DNA of 63,262 bases, filler included, from Reclinomonas americana ATCC 50394 (Eukaryota), in the NCBI GenBank assembly GCA_048213135.1. It is 12 parts of 12 records of this genome, joined end to end, with 100 filler letters (N's around TTAATTAATTAA, not from the genome) between each part and the next. Parts side by side here need not be neighbours in the genome. Positions count along the whole stretch, not along the records: positions 54,200 to 58,260 come from AFZH01018903.1; positions 58,361 to 60,289 come from AFZH01018904.1; positions 60,390 to 63,262 come from AFZH01018906.1; 9 more parts are not named here. The stretch is one strand, 5' to 3'. The notes beneath the pieces were generated by a model. That model worked only from the letters and a program-made list of their open reading frames with translations. It was not told where the DNA came from and did no database searches. Every line of letters begins with the position of its first letter. The first letter of the stretch is position 1. Positions 54,947-63,262 of this stretch are shown one piece after another. A program made the translations under genes and the position numbers.

Positions 54947-56415
54947 CTGAATGCGCTTGGGTTCGTGCGCTCCGAGATCAGCATTCTCGTCCCATGGTCG
55001 CCGGTAGTCGCGATCAAACTCTCCGTCCTTCCACCGGAGACGCTGATCGACACGATTGTCGTACAGCGACGACAGGTCCATGTCGGCTCCATCATCATCC
55101 TGTCGCTCCACAATCGGCGGTGACATTCGCATCGGTGGTGGTGGCAGAGGTGGCGGCGGTGACGATGGTGGTGGATCTGTGAGTGTGTGGAGAAAGAATT
55201 GAGAAGCGGAAACTAACGCCGCACACCCGGACTGACGGCTTGCGACGCACCAAAAGGTGGCGGCGACGGCGGTGCTATTGGCTCTCGAATGGGAGCCAGA
55301 GGTGGAGGGTACTCGGGGCGGTACAAGGAGCCCGGGATCGGTGGCACCTTCAAGCCTTGCAAGTACGAACGAACGACAATAACAAAGTGCTCTGCGCCCG
55401 ACACACAACTTTGAGGAACCGACTGGGTAAACAAACAAACAAACAAACCGGTCCGACGCACCAATCTTGTTCTCTGTCGTCGAGTGCGCACGAAAGCCAC
55501 GTCCAATCAGTTTGATGGTTTCCGGAGCAAAACGACGAGCCGTACGGTAGTCCTCAAACGACATTTTCTGGTCGACACGACCGGAGAACTTGACCGAATC
55601 ACCGCGAATGAGAAACGCCAGCACGTTCGTGGGCCCGCCATCCACTTCAATCGAGCGCGTGGCAATCTCAATCGCCTGCTCCTTGGCGTCCGAGTGGTGA
55701 CACCAAATGGCCCACATGTTGAGGGCGCCGACATGATCGCCATCCATGTGCAACGCTTGCTGAATGTCTTGCTTCGACAGCTCATCGGCTCCACGACGCA
55801 ACCGCAGAAACGCGCGGTACAGGTACGCAGCGACCTGCGACGGGATGAATCGGATCGATAGATCCAAATCGTTCTCAGCCGGCTGCGGCTTGCCCAAGCG
55901 GTCCAGAATGAGCGCGCGGTTAAAGTATGAGCAGGAGAGCTAACACCACGTCGAGTGAGTGCAAAGGGGTGCGGGCGGGGAGGAGTGGGAGAGAACAAGA
56001 GTCACCTGCTCCGGTTGCACTCCGACATTGTACGGCGACTTGTTGAGGAACGACGAAGCCGACATGCTCAAACACTCAATGGCATCGTTGTACAGGCTGT
56101 GTGTATACGTATGTGAGAGAGTGTGTTGTGAGCAGACAGACACGCACTCAGCGCAACTCTAACGCCGAGTGCAGTTGTTCCAGACTCTGCAACTCAAACG
56201 CCCGATGAAGCGTGCTCTCCACACTCGTGTTCAGCGCGTGCTCTCGGTCCTGATGTCAGCAGACATACACACATGTATGTGTGAGAGAAGATAAAGAACA
56301 AGTCGACCAAAGTCGCCTCACTGACCAAATCAGACACATCGCGACCACCCGCCGCCAACAGCATGGCGTCGGTCATTGTCCGTGTGGACGGACGGAATGA
56401 CGCGGACTCCATCAT
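54200..56415 (-). CDS. TPR-containing protein with a Pro/Ser/Arg-rich C-terminus (3' end in the gap)
   Basis: [48 protein letters not shown] helical repeats. Confidence 0.6.
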
Positions 56416-56569
56416 TCTCGCTGGGAGAAGAGAGAAAGGAGAGAAAGGAGAAGGAGAGAGACGAAGTGCGATGGCACGCCGCACAAGAAAACGTCCAGCA
56501 GCCAATGTCCGTCGACCGGAGTGGGCGGTGGAAGTCACTTTGACGACGACGACGACGCGTGTGTGTGTG

Positions 56570-58456
56570 ATGGGTAAGCGAGTTCTTGTCTCTCTCTCTT
56601 TGTGTGTTGTATGGCGTGCCTGCATTGCACATATGTGCACGTGCGGAAAAAAGTGCATTGCATGTGCGCTTCTGTGTTGCTCATTGCGCGCGTGTGCTTG
56701 TGTGTGTGCCCCCCACCAGCGAATCCGTTTGATCGTGTGCTGGTGGAGGACGCGGAGAGCGGTGCCAAGTTCTACAGTCTGCGCGCACTCGAAGATTCTC
56801 GTGTTGGTGAGGACTCGAGTGTTTCGACATGGTGGTGAACAACATGTCCGCGTCTCTCACCCGGGAAGTGCAGATCGATTGCCGTACTCGATCCGTGTGC
56901 TGCTGGAGGCGTCGGTGCGTAATTGCGACAATTTCACGGTGCATGAATCGGCCGTGCAGAACATTCTCGACTGGGAGCGCCTGTCGCATGAGGACATTGA
57001 GGTGCCGTTTCGCCCCGCCCGAGTTGTCATGCAAGACTTTACGTGCGTTCTCTCCAATCTCCGTCGTGCGTGATTGTGAGAGGAGATAGTAACTGTGTTT
57101 TTTTTTTTTTGGCGCAGCGGTGTTCCGGGAATCGTGGACTTGGCGGGCATGCGCGATGCCATGGTGCGACTGGGTGGCGATCCGCGACGCATCAACCCGC
57201 TGGTGCCCGTCGATCTGGTGATTGATCACTCGGTGCAAGTGGATGCAGCGCGCACTCCCGACGCCGTCGAGATCAATCAGGCGCGTGAGTTCGAGCGCAA
57301 TGTCGAGCGCTTCCGCTTCCTCAAGTGGGGCGCGCACGCTTTCGATGGGCTGACGATTGTGCCGCCCGGTGCGGGCATTGTGCACCAAGTCAACCTCGAG
57401 TACTTGGCGCGCGTCGTCTTCAAGAGCGGCGGACTGCTGTATCCCGACAGCCTGGTCGGCACCGACTCGCACACCACGATGATCAATGGTCTCGGAGTGT
57501 TGGGTTGGGGTGTGGGTGGCATCGAGGCCGAGGCCAGCATGCTGGGCCAGCCGGTGCGTCTGCACAATAGCCACTCACCTCCCCACTGCCGTTTTCTCTT
57601 CCCCCGTACTGATCCAGTGCTGGCCTGACCAGATTTCAATGGTGCTGCCGAAAGTGGTCGGCTACCGTCTCGTCGGCCACCTGGCGCCGCAGGCCACCTC
57701 CACAGATCTGGTGCTGACCATTACACAGGCGCTGCGCGCGCACGGAGTCGTCGGCAAGTTTGTGGAGTTCTTTGGCAGCGGTGTCAGCCAGCTGAGCATT
57801 GCCGATCGTGCGACCTTGGCCAACATGGCTCCCGAGTACGGTGCCACTGTCGGCTTCTTCCCGGTGGATGAGCAGACGCTGGGCTACCTGCGCCAGAGTG
57901 GTGCGTATATCATTGTTGAGCAGAGTGTGTCGACGCAGAACATCTCCAAAACTTACTTTGTGGTGCGCTGGCAGGCCGCTCGGAGGAGACCGTGTCGATG
58001 GTGGGCCGCTACCTGCGTGCGCAGGGTCTGTTCCGCGAGGACGACTCACCCGAGCCGACTTTCTCGGAGGTGCTGGAGCTGGATTTGTCGACCGTCGTGC
58101 CGTGTGTGGCGGGACCCAAGCGCCCGCAGGATCGTGTGCCGCTGACCGACGTCAAGACCGATTTCCTGCAGTGCCTCAGCAACCGTCTCGGCCACAAGGG
58201 CTTTGCGGTGCCGCCTGATCAGCAGGAGAAGCGCGCCACCATTGCCTGGGAGGACGGCAANNNNNNNNNNNNNNNNNNNNNNNNNNNNNNNNNNNNNNNN
58301 NNNNTTAATTAATTAANNNNNNNNNNNNNNNNNNNNNNNNNNNNNNNNNNNNNNNNNNNNATTTGCCGGTTCGACACGCCAGTAGAACTGGAGTACTACG
58401 CGCACGGCGGCATCCTGCACTTTGTGCTGCGCAACTTGCTGAAGAGTGCGCAGTGA
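56570..58456 (+). CDS. ACO1: Cytosolic aconitate hydratase (AcnA/IRP1 type); middle portion lost in the gap
   Basis: [48 protein letters not shown] and NMAPEYGAT; after the gap comes the C-terminus [26 protein letters not shown]. The start ATG G|GTAAGC is inferred. Confidence 0.95.
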
Positions 58457-58570
58457 GGTTGGGCAGCCATAGATGAATGTTGTTGTTATTCGGCACCAGA
58501 GACGAGCGAGAATACATTTTGTTTCGTGGTGTGCGGAAAACAGAGAGATTCGAGGCTGGTGCAGGCCCTG

Positions 58571-60164
58571 TCAACAGCAGCCTTTCTTCTTCACCGGTCG
58601 CGATCTGTCGCCATCGGCGTCGCGACCGCCACGACCTTCCAGAACATCGGCATCCGTCGGCATCAAATTCACTGTGGAACGGCGATGGATGACAGAACAG
58701 TGGGCGAAGAGGGCAAGATGAGATCACAACGAAACCAGCAATCCGTGTAGAGTCCGACGCACTGCCTCCTCCTCGCTCGGCCGCGGCTTGCGGTCGGAAT
58801 CGCTCCTCTACCTCCAGCTCCAGCAAATGCACAGCCAAATCCGAAAACAATCGATCGATACCTGCCCGCAGTGTGAGCCATCCCTTCCACCTGGTCCTTG
58901 TACACCAAAAAGAAATGTACGCAACCGTCTCCCGTCTTGGCACTGGTCGTGTAAAACGACGCGTGTAGCTCCTTGGCCTTGCGCAATCCACGCTCCGTGG
59001 CCACCTGCAGCTCTGCCGGATCCTCCAACTGCCACAGCAACACACACAAAAACCTCAGACCTCACACTGGCAAAGGCCAGCGGGCACTCCCCCACGCAAC
59101 AGCATCCTCCTTGCACCCGACCACTGGCGTAAGGATGTTATCACGTTCCCGATCACGATACTTCTCCACCTGCTCCAGCCACCGATCAATGCCACCAATC
59201 GTCGTCGGATTCGTCACATCGTAGCACAGCAGCACAGCACGAGCTCCACGATAGTACACTTGTGAGATGGATTGAAACCGCTCCTGTCCAGCTGTGCCAG
59301 GAGGAACACAGGCAGAGGGAGAGAGAGGGAGTGTGCGTTAAACAGCCAAGCGACCAAGCGATGGTTGGGGGGAGAGAGAGCGTGACCAACCAGTGTCCAC
59401 TCTGTGTCCGCCACAGTGTCAGTCGGTGATCAACAACAGGCACACACACTTTCGCACAGACGCAACAATGACAGCTTGAGTAGCTTGCCCATGAAGAAGA
59501 ACTGCACAAGAGAGAGAGAGAAACAGTGGGCGAAGAGACATGCAGAAGAGGCGGACATGATGCTGAAAGGACCTTGGCGATTGAGAACTCGGCCTACCAA
59601 CAAACGCATCAACGAGTGAGAAAACGTCAGAGATTGTGTGAGGGACTGTGAGAGGCAACTGACCCCAATGGTGTTCTTGTAATGCTGCTCAAACTTGCGT
59701 TGCATGAACCTTGTTTTTCTCTCATGAGCGCTCTCTCTCATTGATGGAAAAATGACAGCGAAAAAAAACACAGACCATCTGAGCAGCGAGGTTTTGCCGA
59801 CTTCCGAGTCCCCGAGAACAATGACTGCGTGCGCGCGAGTGTGAGCAACATACACAGACACACAGAGAGTGTGTGTATGCGTAAGAGAGGAAGACCCTTT
59901 GATTCACTGTGTGTCAGCATGTAAGCGCGTTTTTTCTTTCACATTTTTCGAGAAAACAATGGGGCGCAGACGCAACAACTCGCGAATGCCTTGCTTCTCC
60001 AACAGTGCCAGCTTATCGCACGTGTCAGGCGAGCTAAAAAACAACAAATCAATCAGCAATGAAACACACACACACACACAAAAAAAGGCGACCCAAAAAG
60101 GAAGCGGGGAACGAAACAGAAGGTTCTCGCGCATTGTGATTACGCGTTCCATGCCGCCAGACAT
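58571..60164 (-). CDS. Rab GTPase, Rab34/Rab36-like, with two 11-nt microexons
   Basis: Spliced FESKVIVLGDSEVGKT..YKNTIGAEF..LVDTAGQERF..YYRGA..GCKED..TSAKTG; C-terminal KKKGCC prenylation motif. Confidence 0.88.
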
Positions 60165-60253
60165 CGTCGCTGGCCGAGTTGAAGAGGCACACCGATCCAT
60201 TTCCGTTGATCGGTGACGATTGAATGAGGTGAGAACGCGCGCAGAGACAACTC

Positions 60254-60289
<36 letters not shown>

Positions 60290-60389
60290 NNNNNNNNNNN
60301 NNNNNNNNNNNNNNNNNNNNNNNNNNNNNNNNNTTAATTAATTAANNNNNNNNNNNNNNNNNNNNNNNNNNNNNNNNNNNNNNNNNNNN

Positions 60390-63120
60390 TTGCTGCTGTG
60401 ACTGCTGCTGCTGCTGCTGGGCACTACCACCCCACGTCGAGGGACCCTGCGCGGGCGCCGCCGGCTGCGACGAGCCAAACTGCGACGCGGGCGCTGGGGG
60501 CACGTCGGAAATCATGGGGCCACCAGAGTGCATGCCACTGCCACTGCCACCTGCGCCGTACGCTCCGTAGCCGCTGTAGGCGCCGACATTGCCAACGCTG
60601 AGCGGAGCAGGTGAATACGCAGGGCCACCACCCATCGATGCTGACGGCAGCGAAACCGCCGGCTGCATGCCGATATCAGCAGCCACGGCCTGCGGCACAG
60701 GCTGCGACCAGCCACCGCCATCCGGCATCATAAACTGCCACGGTTGTCCACGGTTGGCACGCTCGGCCTCGCCAGCAGCCACGATCTCGCGCATGAGCAC
60801 AATCAACTTGGTTTCGCCCACTTGCTCGGCTCGCTCCTCCAGCTTCATGCGTGCACGCTGCCACAACACGGCAGCTCGGGTGTAGCGCTACAAAGGAAGA
60901 AAAAAAGGGGAATCGCGTCGATGAGACGGCTGGGAAACACACGAATGGATTGTCGCCAGAATGCACATACCAGTCGCTTGTCGGGCACCACAATGGCCTG
61001 CAGACCGATAAACCAGGTCGTCGCCTGCACATCGTTCATGGCCACAAAGTCGAACGTGCGCTTCTCGGTTTGCACAGAAAAGGCGTGATACGGCTTGCCC
61101 TCACGACGCTTGTCGGCGAACCACGCTTGCAACACGGCCGTTTGTGCACCAAAATGCAGCTGCTGAATCTGGTTCACCGGCACTGTGCGTAAAATGCAAA
61201 AAGGAATGAGTGGCAGTGGAGCAAAGCAAGTACGAAGCGGGGAGCGCAACGCAACAAGTTGAGGACTTGGAGCCCTTGGAGGAACCCCAGGAGATCACGC
61301 TGCCGTCGGGTGAGAGCTGCACCCAGCGCTTGGCACGCGACACCTTCTTGTTGAACTGGTGCTTCCACAGCCAGTCGCCAGCGTACAGCGCCTTCAAGGA
61401 GTGCACCTCGAATGCATTATTCGTCTCCTCCGCCTGCGAGTGGAGCGCCGAGGCGTGTGATCGGTCGGGGGCGCCCGCAATGTCATTCGATGTGTCGTCC
61501 GCGTCGTGATGCTCCTCCGGTGCCAACATCGGTGGCTGCGAGCTTGGGCCACCAAACAGCGCCTCGTGCACTCTTGGATCGTAGGGCACGGCCGTCGGCG
61601 GCATCGTGGCAGGCGCCGGCTGCTGTCCCGGGTACGCCGGGTGGTCCGGCTGAGGTGCAACGGGCTGGAATGCACCAGCACGCTGGCTCAGGTGGCTGTG
61701 GTGCGAGTGCTCATCGGCGGCCTGTCCACCCATGTCGCCAGGCGGCAAGCGGTAACCAGACGGAAGCGCCTGTGGCGCCTGCTGCTGGGAGGGTGGCTGA
61801 GCAGCCAGCGGTGGGTACTGTGCATCATGCGGCGCTTGGCCAAATCGCATCGATTGCGGCGGCTGCTGTGGGGGCTGCTGAGGCTGTTGCGGTGGCTGCT
61901 GCTGCGGTTGATACTGCGGTTCACCGTACATGCCCGACGGCGGACGGGACTGGTCGGCAGGACCACCATACTGGCCAGACTGCGGCTGTCCAAAGTGCAT
62001 CGCCGACGGCGGTCGCGACTCTGGCTGCGGCTGCTGGTATCCGTTGCTACCATAGTGCTGGCTCATGGGCTGCGGCTGGTGCGCAGGGTCCGCATACATG
62101 GCCGTCTGTGGCCGTGAGCCACCGTGCGCACTCGGCTCTGGATACATGGTCGACGGAGGCCGTGAGTCTGCGTGCTGCGGGTAGCCGCTGCCGTCGAAAT
62201 GCTGGCTGAGCGGCTGTGGCTGATATGCCTGGTCGGCGTACATGGCTGATTGCGGCCGTGCGCTGCCACCAAACTCGGCCGGACCACCAAAGAGGTTCGA
62301 CTGCGGTCTCGAGTCAAAGTGCACCGACTGCGGCGGTGGCTGCTGCTGCTGCGGCTGCTGCTGTTGTTGAGGTCCGCCTTGCGCAGTGCGTGACTGCATG
62401 AAGCTTGCGAGGGTCTCATTTGGTCGCTCTCCGCCGGCTGTAGCACGAGCAGGCGCCGCGGCGCTGGCTCCGACAAATCCGCCACTGCCGGCATCGTCGC
62501 GCAAAAGATCGGCCGTCGGCGTCCGAGAGCGCGGCGTCGAGCTGCCCGACGAGGCCCGGATCGTGCTGCGCAGGTGCTCAATCTCCAATTCACGCTGCCG
62601 CAACTCGGCGTCAAACGGAGACGCTGCGAAGAAGGAGGGGGGAGGGGTGAGCTTCGCCAATAAAAACAAAAGACACTTGGATTCATGCAAAAAAACCTTC
62701 GGGCATGTCGGCAAACTTGTCGTGTGGCTGATACACCTCGGCGTCCTTGCGACCGTACGGGCTCAGCGGTTCCTCGAGCGCAAACGCCATGTCGGCCGAC
62801 GAATTCGCCGCCAGTGCCGTCAGCGCCGAGCGCGTGTTGGCATCCTCCCAGCGATCACGATCGCGGCCCTCGCCACGCACACGCTGCTGGATCATGCGGT
62901 AAGGGTCGACCATCTCACTATGACGTGCAGATCCATCGATTCGCACATTTCCTTTTCTGGCGTGTCCGTTGGCGGCACCAGAGGAGATGAGGCCGCTGCC
63001 GCCGCTGCGATCAAAGTCGGGGGAAGGCGAGCGTGACCGAGCGTGGCTCGCTCGCGTCGGAGCAATGCCCAGTTCATCCTGCTTCCACGAACGCACCGAG
63101 TCACGCAAGCTGCGCAACAT
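60390..63120 (-). CDS. Pro/Gln-rich protein with a PH domain (PLC/Num1-Mcp5-like type); 3' end in the gap
   Basis: GDWLWKH..KRWVQLSPDGSVISW..IQQLHFGAQT..FSVQTEKRTFDFVA..TWFIGLQ. Confidence 0.75.
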
Positions 63121-63262
63121 GGAGATGGCACGCGGCGGTGATCCCTGCACACGAGATGATTTTTCACGTGAGATAACAGAATGAGAATATTGAAAGTGAC
63201 GAGAGGCACGCAACAGCAGTGCCATTGGAGCGCGGCACAGGTGGCTCGGGTGAGCGGCTGGC

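Noticed and set aside
58261..58360. Aconitase with a large internal deletion
   Set aside because: The missing middle coincides with the spacer, so the real gap is longer than 100 nt. This also shows that these two contigs are collinear.

Overview
This is a gene-dense, GC-rich eukaryotic (protist-like) scaffold, not prokaryotic DNA. Genes are split by many ~60-75 nt spliceosomal introns, so the supplied six-frame ORFs are mostly exon fragments or noise. Eleven artificial spacers (N-run + TTAATTAATTAA + N-run) join contigs; at least one junction is collinear because aconitase continues across it. Manually spliced genes include a BRF1-like C-terminus, a ferlin-like multi-C2 protein, a secreted Asp-box beta-propeller/EGF protein, a GT77-like transferase, USB1, ESF2/ABT1, a TPR-carboxylesterase fusion, DNA polymerase delta, a tandem-PH protein, two TPR proteins, an FMN glutamate-synthase-family protein, serine racemase/dehydratase, Alba, a RING ligase, a multicopper oxidase, a GH5 glycosidase, cytosolic aconitase and a Rab34/36-like GTPase, plus a decayed R2-group non-LTR retroelement. 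The main observation is a large class of atypical 5' splice sites. More than 25 introns, including about 7 of ~22 in Pol delta, start GTTGCG(T) or the variants GTTGAGT/GTTCCGT/GTTTCGT/GTTACGC. This is the local consensus with an extra T, which puts the conserved G at +6, and it occurs almost only after a non-G exon end. It resembles the rare shifted-register U1 pairing known in mammals, but here it appears to be a routine donor class. All exon structures and family calls come from manual reading-frame and motif analysis without RNA data or database searches.
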